DNA of 64,000 bases from Ophelia neglecta (Eukaryota): the NCBI GenBank assembly GCA_965285935.1, contig OZ260663.1, positions 111,600,001-111,664,000 on the forward strand, written 5' to 3'. Below are positions 37,373 to 50,400 of this stretch, in pieces. The translations under genes were made by a program, and so were the position numbers. A model generated the notes under the pieces. That model searched no databases. It saw only the letters and a list, made by a program, of their open reading frames with translations, and had not been told where the DNA came from. Every line of letters starts with the position of its first letter. The stretch's first letter is position 1.

Positions 37373-40300
37373 TACTTTATGTAGACCTATAACGGCCCTG
37401 CTAACGTATGGTGCAGATATATAACCCAATCAAATCATTTCTCTGTGTATTTATCTTAGAAGAGTTTTCATACTTTTCGCTTTGCAGACTTTTCACAACG
37501 TCCTGTTAGGTGTGTGATCCTCATCAGCGCGAGTCAATGGTATTTGCACTAAGAGGTCAACCAATCAAATCAGCGGAACACGATATTAAGCCATTATGGC
37601 CTATTGTATTATCTCGTGTTGCCTTGGGGTAACACGTTAGGAAACAATTGATGGTCCGGTCTGCTAATTGTTTACACCATCTACGAGACTTGATTGATTT
37701 GGATTAAATCTCAGGGCCAGTGGCCGTGAATTTATCTCTGTCTCTGTCTCTGTCTCTGATTCTGTCTCTGCTGTCTCTGTCTGAATAGATATACCAAATG
37801 GCACATGGGGCTGAAAATTAACTAAATTGGTGTTGGTTTAAAATTAATTCTGAACACATAGAAACGCATGAGGTGTATCGAATAGGTCAATATGTTTCAC
37901 CTAGGTTCACTCCATAATTGTGAATATGGATTCATAAAAGAGCAGAGCTAGCATGCCATAAACTACATTTTCACTGCACGCTTCTGCAATATTTTGAAAT
38001 CTTGTTTCAAGTATAGGGCGCAGCGAGGATGCCTCTTTTGAATGACGACGTGAACCAAAAGTTTCTCCGCAAAAGTGGGGTAAAACGCGTGTGGATGACA
38101 ATTAAATTTTAGTTAAAAATGATTACATAAACAGAACACTGTCAGTGTGATTTATATTGAAAACTTACAAATTACTTGCAAATACCCATTATTTTATTAT
38201 CATGAAACAAATTTGAAGTAGTGAATTTCAAAATTAGCCTAGGATTGTATGACAAAGCAAGTAGTATGAGGCAAAATGAGGGACGGGGACGCGATGGACG
38301 ACGAAGCAGCCAGGAAAGTTGTCTTGATATTGAGGCAGTCTTGATACCAGCGTCTAATCCGGCTACTCGATAGGTCGTGCATGCCGTGGCCGACGCCCGT
38401 ATGAAACTCGTCACAGTAGATATGCTCTGTGCCTGAATGAGTGCCCATGAACGTGAAATGTCTTATGGCTCGTGACAGCTCCATAAGGTTGCTTTTTAAA
38501 GCAATCGTCCTACTTCTTACAAGCTATATGTTAAGAACAGACTACCCATGCTTTTCTTCTTCTCTTTTTATTGATGTGTGTGGTGCTGTGGCTGCTGGTT
38601 CTTGTTGATTTCCGACCGACTAGTCTGGATCATTGGTTTGGTTTTGTCTGCCGGGTGTTCGCTCCCATTTTAACAAGTGTACTTATTGTTGGGGAGCTGG
38701 GTATTGAATTTACTGGTCTGCTGCTGTTTTTTCATAATGATTTCATAACTTTCCGATGATTTCGGAACAATGTAATAGACTATTCCTGGTAATGGTTTTT
38801 ATATTAATTAATCAAGGTTGTTTTTTAAATCGGCCTGACATCATCATAAATCATCAGCCACAGGCCCCCATATATCAATCGCCGGCTCCGAATTAGTAAT
38901 GAACTAATAATGCAAACAAACTTAAAAATAAAAATTGGAGTAGATACTTGGCAGACAAAGGCAAATAGTTTATAAAGATAAAATTTGTCCGCAATCAACA
39001 TGAACCATCAGGCATTATATATCTATCGCCAGCTCCAAAACAGTAATGAACTAGTTATGCAAAAAAAGGGTGAAACGAGGCAGATAATGCCAAACCATTT
39101 ATCAAGTATAGTTCATTAAATCAGTCCTTAATCATAAGGAACCATCAGCCACAGTACCTCACACATCAATAAATCAATTCCAACTCAAAGTATGTAGCAA
39201 CTATTTGATTTGGCTCGGATTGTCATTTTATGGGTACTTGCTGCAAACCCCGGCCCCTTACAGGCCCGGCCTCTGCATTTCTAATTCCACGAATAATATT
39301 CGGATACACCCGCTGTATATAACAAACGTGGCGAACAGGCCGCTTTGCTTAAATTAGTCGGTTTGGCAAAGCCCGATTACCATTTAGTTTACAATTGGCC
39401 GAATTACCCATATATGAAATTGGGCCATTGGGCACTATTTGTATAATCTTGAGAGACGGGAATAGTTACCAACTGACCGTACTATCCCCTGGTCAATAGG
39501 CAATCTACAGAGCATTTGCATTAACTCGGGACACTCAGAGCCTTCACCCTGTTTCTATCTGTTCTCCCATAAAACGCCATTAGTTTATACTTCATTTTTT
39601 CTTCGCAGTGGAGTATTAGCAAGAACGCCCGTGTAACACATGTAGTGGTTGGACTAGATATAAATCTTAAGACTAGCATGGTTCATTGACAAGGTCTACG
39701 ATGCGTGACGGTTTGCTGTGATTAAATACATATCAGGATGTGCTGCCAAGCAGGCAGTGATATGGTAAACAGTGATCATCCTGCAGAAACATATTACTCT
39801 GAATAATCCAGCATTTACATAGACCTCAAACACTGACACCAATTCCTTGGAAAAGAGAAAAAATCCTCTCACTTTTTTAAATTCCCCCATTGATCTATCA
39901 TTTTTGGAAACTCCGCATTACAATGATCGCATTTTCTTAAAATTCTCATCGTTCTTCTACTTGAATATTTACTACATATACAACGTAATTGTGGCGGAAA
40001 AGTGGCAGTTAGACCATTTTATTACCAAAGGGTCTTAGAAACTTATCACAGTTTGACAATATCCGGAACTGGCACGTGTATTTCATTTCAACAGATAATG
40101 CACATGTATTGTTTCGCCTTAAAATGGTCTAGGTAAATGAAGCGGATTTCGCGGGAGACAGTGGACCCAAATCAAGGTAAACTGGATATACCCCCCCCCC
40201 CCCCCGCTTTCCCCCGCGGGTAGAGGTTCGGGTGAAAATGAAGCTTTACATTTTACGTCGGTTGCCTCCATATCGCTTACAACTTCAGACAAGATGCTGT

Positions 40301-40810
40301 CATCACGTCATACTGTATTATCGTCCAGCATGAGCTTGTCTATACCATGATAATCTTCCTTACTGACTACGTCCTGTGTCGCCTGAGCCAATACATATTG
40401 GACGGACGCTTGATCAAGAATGGAGTTGCAATATTGCGAATGGGAAATTCTGTCAGGCCTCTAGGCTTCTCTTGGAATCTTGGAATGACGCCTACCGAAA
40501 TAGCTTCTGTTTTATGCCTTGCATCGATAGGATGTATCTAGACAGTTAGTTACTAATTCCTGGCCATGGTGTTTGCATGTCTAGAATAAGATAATATACA
40601 GCCACTTCTTATCGAAGGGATTGATATACATGTGTAGGTTTTGGTAACATTCATTGATAGTGTCATTGATAAATGTCAAGCCAGCCAAATCCCAATATGA
40701 GAATGGTTGAAATCATTCCTTTTCTAGCAATTTTAATCAAACAATGCAGTAAGGCGACCTCCTTACTTAATGTTTGTCCGTTATCTTACGTATTAAATAG
40801 TATTATACTA

Positions 40811-41344
40811 TTTGATTGATTGATTTCTTTATTTCCTCCAATTTTGGAGAGTAAGCACAGTAAACATATATATCAAATCAAATAGTAACGTTACAAAACT
40901 TAAGGTAAGAAAATAAGGAAAACATAGGGTTAATTACACACAAGAATGATTATACGACACATGTACAACTTTGTCTAGCGGCATAAAAGTATTAAGCATT
41001 AACAGCGAACCCAAGATTCTACCTGATCGTAGCTTAAAGGGCAACCTTCATGTCTACCTATTCACGTTTTCACCGAGCAGAGCCGAGCGGACGAGATATA
41101 GCGAGTGGACGAGACGTGCAACAACGTCGCCCTCCGGAGCACCGCCGGCAGACAACAACCAGAGGAACACGTCTTTATCACAATGTGAACACGAGTGTGA
41201 ACACCGGGATTCGACGAGTTGACGTAGCGGGCCTCGGTATGGTTCTAATACATGGCATCTTAACAGGAGGTGAATGTCGTCTTCGGGAGCTATAAGACCT
41301 CCACAGGCCACAAGCACATGCATGTTGAGATCAGCGGAGGTCAC
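40811..41344 (-). mobile_element. Old LINE 3' end with CCHC-like C-terminal motif and (TCAA)n tail
   Basis: Minus ORF contains ACGGLIAPEDDIHLLLRC, resembling the CxxC...EDxxHxLLxC knuckle. It ends in a ctctcca..tggag hairpin, ataaa and (tcaa)n at 40811-40850. Confidence 0.55.
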
Positions 41345-42589
41345 CGGTTATACCCGGATTTCTGCCGTTATGAGGCTATCCATACTATTAATTAAGCCAA
41401 AATGGCCTACAAAAAATCATTTGTAGGATAAGTTGATTGTCAGAATTAGATGATTGAAATGGACTGGATTCCGATACAGAACAGGCAATCTTATACACAA
41501 CTTCGTTGATTATATATAAGTAAGCATTCTTATTGTATGGGTATATCCTACTCCGGCTTTATCTTTCGGTTCATGCGTGCGCCGATTAGATGCTTTGACG
41601 AATGCTATTCTTAGGCTCCTGACGGCACGTGCAGTGTAGACATGTACATTGCTGCATGGTTTATGTCGGGAATGTTTTCATTAACAACAATTAGTGTTCC
41701 TGTCGCAGCGTGCCACGCCGGTGGGCTACGTGATACCCTGAGTAGTGAGCACAATGTATGCCCATCATGTTACAGGATGTTTTTGTGCTAAAACACGGAG
41801 TTACCACTCCCGTAAAGGGAATAAGGTAACACGGTACGTGAGACGCAGTGGACATTTTGTAATGTACACTCGGCTAAAAACATGGACAAATAAAATTTAC
41901 CATCTTGTTATTGGATATCTGTATTCAACGCGGTGTGCGCTGCGCTCTTTGTTTGGCGCTGTTGGTTTGGCGTCAGAAGGCGGAGGTGTGTATCATCGGC
42001 TAGGACATTAAATAAATAGGATATACAGCGCCAAACTCCGAGCGCAGGGATTGGTTTAATGAGGCTATTTCATCTCAAAATCCTGAGATAACTTGTATTA
42101 TGTTTTACTTTAAAAGGGTATATTTCAGTTTCAGGGACTGTGGCTGCTGGTTCGTGATGATTAGTGGTTCTGGATTAATGAGTTGGCTTTGATTGAAGGT
42201 TATCCACTCCCGTTTTTTATTATAGTTCGGTCTTATGCGATCGTAGATCACCGCGAATGGCGCAATGACGAATACATGTTAGCCTTGTTATTAACACTTG
42301 CAAAGAAAAAGGTCTGATCGAATTGTTTTTATAACAGCATATCTCATATCGCCTTATTTGTTGCGATACTCGAAAAGTAATTCAGTTCCATTTGGACATA
42401 TAGCCAGTCCCAGCAATGGGCACTTGTTTTAATAGAAGTCCCTGGCAAAGGTATTGCCTCCCCCACTTTTACTAATGCAAGGAGATTGTTACAAGCTCTT
42501 CTAAATGAATTATCACAGCGCCGGACGACTGGAAGCGGCTTTATAAGTGTCCGGGTCGGACCATAAAATGGCCGCTTTGTATATGGCCT

Positions 42590-42591
<2 letters not shown>

Positions 42592-42627
<36 letters not shown>
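42592..42627. repeat. (TA)n microsatellite
   Basis: Direct reading. Confidence 0.95.
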
Positions 42628-42628
<1 letters not shown>

Positions 42629-44085
42629 TGGCGTCCTGGCAATTGTACAAGTTGTGTTCCTTATATCTTATTGTATTTTTTACTCTGTATAATTGCCAAA
42701 TGAAAAGAATCATTCATTCAAATTCCTCTGTTAACGTTTACCACATTGAGGAAACAGCAGCCGATTAAAGGAAACTTTGCGTTATATAACGATTATGGTC
42801 TGGTATGAAGCAACATTATTTTGGTCAGGTGTTTTTTTCGCCCTACGTCGTTCGAAAAATTTGTTGCCCTCTAATTAAGTCTAACGAAATGGTTTATGAT
42901 GATTTCTAGCCTTTCTTTATTAATGGTTTTACTTTGTCTGTATCAACTTTTCATTTTAACTGTCAAAGTAAACGGCAGAATTTTGAGGGTGATGGACTGT
43001 AGTCTTTAGCTTCATACCCGATGTACCGCTGAATTAAGAATAATTTTTGAAACGCATCATTTATTAAAAATGAAACGTTATTAGTCAGGACATGAAAACT
43101 AAGGGACTGGCTAGCTTTCAAATTAAATGATGATGTAGAGATATATATTTGAATCGTGTTGTAGTGATATATAATTTGAAATGTGTTGTTATTATGATTG
43201 CTATAAATCAAAACCCTACATATAATAATAGTAAGCATTAGGTGTTTAGGTGCAGTGTGTTTATTCATTATTGTTTCATCATAATATTCCCCCAGGATAT
43301 GTAACCGTGATAGAAGGCCTGTGACACCGAACATTTTTCTTTATCAGAGCACTCAACAGGTTTATAACATATAAATGGCGTCGTTTATATCTTCCTATGA
43401 ACATTATGCATTTTGTATGTCGTGAACCGTGGTAAAACGGGAGTCCAAGGCTAGAAAATTGTCCAGGCTCAATGGTTAGAACACTTACACAACTAGCTGG
43501 TACTACGACTAATCATAGTAAGACTGTATTGTTATATACTATTAAGTTCAGTCTTATTGCATCCAATACTGTTCGCTTTAATCACAGGTTTATTATGAGC
43601 TACTTGCACATAAACTGAAGGCAGTATGTTAAGTTTTAGCATCATCCTCATAGTTTGAAAGAACGGATACTTATGGAAATGAACCATTTCATGTTTAAAA
43701 TATTTAACACCATCTGTCCTTATTATAAAATAGCGACAAATAGTTTGATATTACCGGGATAGATTAGCTTTTGTTTTACCACTTTACGGATATAGGTATT
43801 TAATTAACCGATCAACCAATCGATTAACCAATATATCTATAATTGATCCTGAGAATTTACTTGTATTATGCACATGTGACTTAATTATTAAACGTAATGA
43901 ATCAACATTTCGTGTTTTACGATATAATAGGTCCTTTAGTAAGTAAGGATTTGTGCAATTAAATCGAGATTTAGAACTCACTTTACTTATTTCCCGTGTT
44001 ATAAAATAAAAACTGCAACTGTCCCACAGAACGGCACCTATTTTTGCTGATTTAAATATATCAAATTTAACTGGCATATCATATA

Positions 44086-44263
44086 CAGTGAAACCTGGTT
44101 TAAAGTCCACCTCCATAATCAGGCCATTTGTCAATTCAGACCACTAATATAAGGACCGTGATGTATAATTTCAATGTTAAATAACCTGTCTAAACAGACC
44201 ACCTCTGAAATCAGACCAGTATTTTCCAGTTCCTTGGGTGGTCTTAATTCACAGGTTTCACTG
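44086..44263. mobile_element. Tc1/mariner-type MITE (178 bp), best preserved copy
   Basis: TA|cagtgaaacctg ... caggtttcactg|TA: perfect 12-bp TIRs with TA target duplication. Internal repeated gaccacct motifs. Confidence 0.9.
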
Positions 44264-45086
44264 TATGTACAACAATTTATAATTTTGTTTACCAAATATC
44301 ATCAGTCAGATGTACAATTAAAATTTGCATATTCATACATACCCAATAAGCTAATAAATTACATGCACCCATTGCTGCTTTCAAAATGACATTTCGATAT
44401 AGAAGCATTACCCTCTGGAATTTCTATTTTGATTAGTTCGAGACTTATTGTAGTACTTTTATCATTAAAAAGTCCCTTAAGTGCTATTTATTGTCTAACT
44501 TAAATGATATCTTCTCTCTGTCCAAATGATTTTTGCTATGTCATTATTCTCGTGTCATAATTATGCTATTTAGTTGCTGTTTTCCCCTTTTGGTACTATT
44601 TATGTGAAGCTTAAGTGTGCCGAATAAGAGAGCACATACGCTAGTGGGCGTCAAGTCCTCTTTGTCTCAAAAAGGTGTTGTTTTTGTATATGGTGTTTCG
44701 TATATGGTGTTTTATATATAATTGTTTACATTTTATGCATGCAAAAACTGCCTTTCGATTTAGTTTGTTTGAGCTTTCGTCTGAATGTATGTGTTTTATA
44801 TGGTATTTTTAAACCGTTTATTTGTTCTTGTTTGTACCTTATGATGCATATGAGACAATAAATACTCACTCACATAGGAACTGTAAGCACTGAAGCCCGC
44901 CAATATTTCATTGTCTTCATTCTAAGAGAATTCCAGGAATAGATATAATCTTGTTGTAGTTTAGACATGCGGTCATACGGTGTCTCACAATATGTATAGC
45001 TAGCTCCTCGGGTTTCTTTTATTGCAGAGGTGTGTGTTGATAGTATATCGAGAAACGAATAATCAATTTTCTTTATTGTGTTTTAG

Positions 45087-45177
45087 ACGTGGGAACAAAT
45101 TGAGACTCGGAACATATATATCCGCAACCAGCTGTTACAGATAGGCCAGGTCATAATGGACTTCAACGTAGAAAGAG
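45087..45177 (+). CDS. Internal coding exon of NIT-domain membrane protein gene (TWEQIETRNIYIRNQLLQIGQVIMDFNVER-)
   Basis: Pyrimidine-rich acceptor ...ttgtgttttag at 45085-45086, 91-nt open exon, donor gttagt at 45178. The phase-1 end joins the next exon in frame (G+AG = Glu). The peptide resembles the first NIT helix motif (IGxxxHxLQxERG). Confidence 0.8.
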
Positions 45178-45653
45178 GTTAGTCGATTGATGTGAAATTA
45201 TATTGTTACTGGAAAGAGATGAGACGAATACTCGGATTTCCTAATAATGTGTTACTTTAGTTAATATTTTCAAATTAATTTAGTAGTCTGAACTCTTCTT
45301 TAAGACACGGGAGTAGATGCCATGCATCACAAGCAAACTCTACGAGAAAGGTCAATAAAATCAATCTAACATCATATTGACATTTATCATCATTTTATTT
45401 TTATTTAACTTAAGTATGGTAGGTTTATTTTCATAACCTACTCAATAAGGCTTGGCCATGAAGAGTCTGCATTTTCTTGTCCCTTGGGGTGTATCTAAAC
45501 GGTTAGTCCTCCAGGTGCAGTCTTCTAGCGTCCTGTGCACATACCTACGTCCTCCATGACGTATGGCTCTGGACAGTAGGTGATCTCAAACAAATATGTG
45601 CATACAATTTGTTGATATGTTTCTTTAATAGTGTGAATTCTGATGTTTTTCAG

Positions 45654-45853
45654 AGTTTACCGTCATTTATGCTACCGCCCGTACAACCAGATCCCAGATG
45701 TCAGCTAAGGCACAATTAGACGGGGCGTGGGGGAGGTCAGACGAAAGTCTCTCTCGCTTAAAATCCTGGCCGGGACATATCGACGAGGGGCAGATGTTCA
45801 AATCTAAGTACCTCTTTGCTGCGGTTTTAGGGAGTCACCGCAACCGCATCAAG
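45654..45853 (+). CDS. Internal coding exon of NIT-domain membrane protein gene (-FTVIYATA...SDESLSRLKSWP...FKSK...HRNRIK)
   Basis: Acceptor tgtttttcag ending at 45653, donor gtgagc at 45854, 200 nt, phase 1 to phase 0, in frame with ORF 45698. The pattern Y...D.sL..L..WP...F.SK..f...L..HR matches invertebrate NIT domains as I recall them. Confidence 0.85.
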
Positions 45854-46358
45854 GTGAGCACTACGCGAAATATGTTTACGTTTTAATAGTGTTCAATCAA
45901 TATTAAAGCAGTTATAACCGTTAAGCCGGTTATTAAACAGTTATATTTGTGTCTTGCAAGACCAATGAGGAAATGATCAATGAACACGTTCTTGGCCTGA
46001 AAATTTTCCTCCGCATAACTGCACACAGAAGGCCATCCAAACAATATGCTATTAATTAACAGAATACTGCCTGCAGAAAGTACTTAAAAATGTCGCCAAA
46101 ACAGCAAACCTTGGGCACAAAGTAGTCCCAACGTAAAGGTCTCGCATGAAGTTTTCCTACTTAGCAATACCTTACGAAACCATTTCCCAGCTTTTTCATG
46201 GCAAATTGTCTTGCACATATTCCTGAATCATTATTTACGCAGCTTTCCTGTTCGCTTTAATTTTGAGATTTACAGTTATAATTACAGTTATATGTACACT
46301 TATATAAGTAAATGACCCCTGACCTTCTCTTTTTATCTTTTTTTTTTTTTTGACACAG

Positions 46359-47132
46359 GTGGGGAATTACTTCTGGGACGAGATACAATTCTATACCGAC
46401 ATCCTGGATGTGATGTTTGGTTGGATGCACCGTGTCTCGGGCTACCACGCCTCCGACGACCTCTACCGGTGGCTTATGTCGTACAGTTATCTAATGGGCA
46501 GCGTTAACTATCTGGGAGCGGAGCAGGCCCTGTGCAGCGCGTTCAACGCGATCATCTGCTTCAGTCACAGGGAGACATTCTACTATGCAAACTACAGCTT
46601 CAGTGGTGAGGCGGTATTCAGGCTGTACCGTCAGACCTACCCCGTGGATCGCGGGGACGGATGGAGGGTTAACCCCCATCAGAATTTCTTCCCAGTGTTG
46701 TTTTCGTGTCGGGAGGAGATCTTTGCCGATATGGACTACCTAGGAATGTCTATTGATCCCTCCCTGTGTGACTTCTCGCGTAAAAACGAAACGAAGTTTC
46801 ACGAGACGGATGTGCTCACTGTGACAGAGAACAGCCTTTTACTAGACGCTATTACTGCGCAGCTGCAAACGGACTTAGACGACGCTGCCTTCCGGTTCCT
46901 GTTCAGCGGAGTGATACTTGGAACTATTGTGTGTTATGTGACCTTATTACATATAGTGCGTTGTACGTGCATCAAGTGTATTCAGGCCCGGACTACAAGA
47001 CGATGGCGCCTAAAAGAAACAGAAATAGAAGAAGATAAACTAGATCACGTGTCTTTAAACCAAACAAAAATGATCAAATACGAAGAGTATAATAACTTTA
47101 AGCCACACGCAATCAAAGTGGCAACAGTATAA
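46359..47132 (+). CDS. Terminal coding exon of NIT-domain membrane protein: rest of NIT domain, one TM helix, short Cys-rich cytoplasmic tail
   Basis: Long poly-T tract plus acag acceptor ending at 46358, then 257 open codons to TAA. Motifs EIQFYT..W, LY..L..Y..L....YLGAEQAL..F. Hydrophobic FLFSGVILGTIVCYVTLLHIV at about 46890-46958. GC is higher than in the flanks. Confidence 0.88.
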   Translation: MGNYFWDEIQFYTDILDVMFGWMHRVSGYHASDDLYRWLMSYSYLMGSVNYLGAEQALCSAFNAIICFSHRETFYYANYSFSGEAVFRLYRQTYPVDRGDGWRVNPHQNFFPVLFSCREEIFADMDYLGMSIDPSLCDFSRKNETKFHETDVLTVTENSLLLDAITAQLQTDLDDAAFRFLFSGVILGTIVCYVTLLHIVRCTCIKCIQARTTRRWRLKETEIEEDKLDHVSLNQTKMIKYEEYNNFKPHAIKVATV

Positions 47133-47179
47133 TATCAACAGGAGTTAGCTGAATATCTCTTGTGGATTCAGGCTATCTT

Positions 47180-47400
47180 TACTAGAACCCGCCTGTCTGG
47201 AAAATGGATGCGCCCTGTCTTGATAGCGGATCCTACCTGTTTATATTGAACCTACATGTCTATAATGGATCTGACCTGCCTATTGTGGATTCCGCCTGTC
47301 TTTAGGATATCCAGCCTGTCTCTACTGGATCCCACTTGTCTATAATGGAATTCGCCTGTTTGTAATGGAGCCCGGCTTTGTGTACTGGATCCTGCCTATT
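47180..47400. repeat. Degenerate ~23-bp tandem repeat in the presumptive 3' UTR of the NIT gene
   Basis: Recurring cctgtc.ataatggatc(c). Confidence 0.7.
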
Positions 47401-50400
47401 ACCGAGTTTCTGGTGATGGGCGATAATCTATATCCTGCTTTGTTAAAGTACATCAATACAGGGCACATGTTACCTCGACTTCGCGTGGACCAAGGACCTT
47501 ACGCCCTTTTCGCATCGACCAAAAACCTAACGCCCCTGATCACATCGACCTAGGGCCGAATGTCCCTGTTGGAATCATACACCGATAGATGAGATCATGG
47601 AATAATCAAATCAAAAGGTTTTAATAATGTGGCTCGTGTTGTTGAATAAAGTGAGTTTTTGCTCAATAGAAAGCCAATCCTATGAAACGTTTCCTTTAAG
47701 GCATTTTTAAGGAGTGGAACACGTTTGTGTTATTATTCTCTAGGTTTTCTGACGCCTCCACGGTGGGGTTGGTCGAAGCAATAAACTGGAGTTAATTACA
47801 CGAAAAAGTACCGTTGTTTGAACCTTGACTCGTGTCCTTTGTAGGAATGCTAGACTTGTTAAATGACCATGTCACTTGGCCTTGTTAAGTGTCCGTGTGG
47901 CTCGTCTGTATGGAATGCCTCAGTGAGAGGATGGTGTGAATTTTGTCTTTGTGAACAGTCCGAGTGAAACTTTGTTTGTATCTACTACTTCTTATCACAC
48001 AGCGACGCCTACAGCGTGTCCTGTGATTAACTACTGATACGGACTGATAGGGTGCTCAAATTCCTCACTGCCGAACAAATTGTTTGCATATTGTAATACG
48101 TATGGCAACTCTGTGTACTTCTCGCCTATAGGTACCTGGCACTGACAGCTCCGAAGAGCGGGAAGCACTTGCTTTTACTAGTATGTGAATAGTTTATTAT
48201 AGTGTTATTTTGTCCATGGAAATATTTGCTAGCTGCTTGTTAATCAGTTTTAAACAGCTATAAGGCTTTTTATATGAAATACATTATACAGAGACGCTGA
48301 ATGTTACAACCATTGACAGCATTTTTCTGAAGGGCACGACCCTTAGTCACCACATCTTTTCCCGACAGTGGTAAAAAAAGAGAGGTGGTAACCAATGCGG
48401 ATTATCTTGGTCATGACGACCATTTATTATAGAACTTTTAGCTTCTGTTGCTACCTTTACTTGTTGCCAAAGACCAGTTACTCATTTAATTGGCCGGCAC
48501 ACTATACTAAAATGAATTTTATAGATCTAGCTCCATCGACAACATTTTAAGTCGTAATGTATAATATTCATCACTCATCGAACGAATGTTTTAATGTGTA
48601 AATGCCATACGAACCGAATAAACTATTAATTTCTGAACGTAATTGGGTCCCTCGTGTCTGCTTTTTCTATCATTACGTAGAGAGTGTTCAGTGACACTTT
48701 CAAAAGTCTAGCAACTTGCATACACAAGTATACGCGTTGATTTCGTAAGTAAATCCACCCCTCCCCCCGTCTCAATTAAAATTATCTGCAAAAATACTCA
48801 CAATATTCACCGATTCACACAGGGGTGTATAACATTTATGACATTTCTCCCTGTTGAAAGAGATTTTGAACATTCAAAGAGAGCATTTTTATCCCAATAG
48901 CACTGCTTAGAGGGAACCCTGAAGTAGCTACTGTGTGCTAACTCTTATGTTCTCAATGGACTTATGCAAATTTGATTGTAAAACAACACTGTATTCTAAC
49001 GACAATCTCGATGTTCCAATAAATTGGGCCCTGATCCTTAAACATATTTGTTAGAAAAATCCAAGTCTACAATGACTAGTTTCAATATCACAATTTGATG
49101 GCGTCAAAAAATCTTTCACCACGGACTCCAGTTACTGCCTTTTATAAAGGTCGCAGCTCACTGTCACTTCCATCTAGTAGCGGACGGTGATGCTGCAATA
49201 ATCACGATAACATTCTCTTGTCCTGTGTTTATCCAGGACAAGAGGAACACCCTTCATTAGTCCACATGCAAGGTACTAATTTATCAAGGGCACATGTTAC
49301 ATCCATTTTCCGGTGCTGAGTAGCACAATATAATATCAGGTGGCCCTAATGACATTTAGTGATATGACATTATTAGTATCCTGTTTGACCTTCCAAAAGG
49401 CATGATGATTACCAATCTGCATGGGAACAAATGAAATAACGTAACACGCATATCCTCTTACTGAGAAACCTGTAATTGACATGAATATGATATTAATAAA
49501 TCTGTGGGACTATATCTGTGGAATGTTAACAAAAGGGTAGTGGATGCCCAACAAATAAGCAAAATCATTAATCAACAGTTAACCTTCTACTCGGTCAGAA
49601 ACCACAAGCACTGTGTCCTTTATTTCTACAATAAGCCTCCAAAGAAGCATGCCTAGCACTTTAAAATACGATTATACATCTCAAGTTCGCTCACCGTGCA
49701 GTAAAACAAAAAAAAAACAAATTGGGAAACATTGAAGGGTAAAGTCGTTTTACAACACATCGGGTTTGATGGATACAACTGGACATTTAATTTCGGTCGT
49801 ACGACATTCTTGTCCTTTTTCAGTCCTTTAGGTTGATTACGCATCCCTCCCCTACAACGTTACCCGCCCCAGCCTACCCTGCTCTGCTAAGAAGTGATTG
49901 ATCCCCTTTGTACCCTCACCGATATACTTGTTTACTTCTCTCTACTCCATTTCATCAGGGGCTCATCAAGTCGTGTCATGATGCTGTGCTGGATGACTAC
50001 CCCTAGCTTGATACTTCTATTTAAGACACTAGAAAACGTTATCTCTAGACTGCAAACCACTTTGAGCATGCTCACGCCCCTTTAACTCGAGCGCGGTAGA
50101 ATCCTTGACGGTTCTTCGAGATTAAAGCGGGGTGAAATTAAGTCTACTTGGGTACTGGGCAAGTCTCGCGAATAGTAAGGGCTTCAAAGTACCCTATTAC
50201 CAAAAAGTGGCTATTAATGGTTCGATGTTGTTTTTGTACCCCTATGAGACATGTTATATGGTTACCTATGGTTGAATTAGATTGCATAGATCTTCCCTCA
50301 ATTGTCAATTTTCATCAACCTTTTACGTTAAGCATCTAGCCCAAATTTGTTGTCTGAGAGCGGCCACTACAATAACAAAGCAGCCCGTTAAATTCCTGAT

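Noticed and set aside
38172-38414. CLILLALSYNP as a LINE ORF2 N-terminal 2A-like leader
   Set aside because: No D(V/I)E or PGP and no adjacent endonuclease sequence, so the match is too weak.
41050-41295. + strand ORF as an upstream NIT exon
   Set aside because: Donor phase mismatch. The region is better explained as a minus-strand LINE C-terminal remnant.
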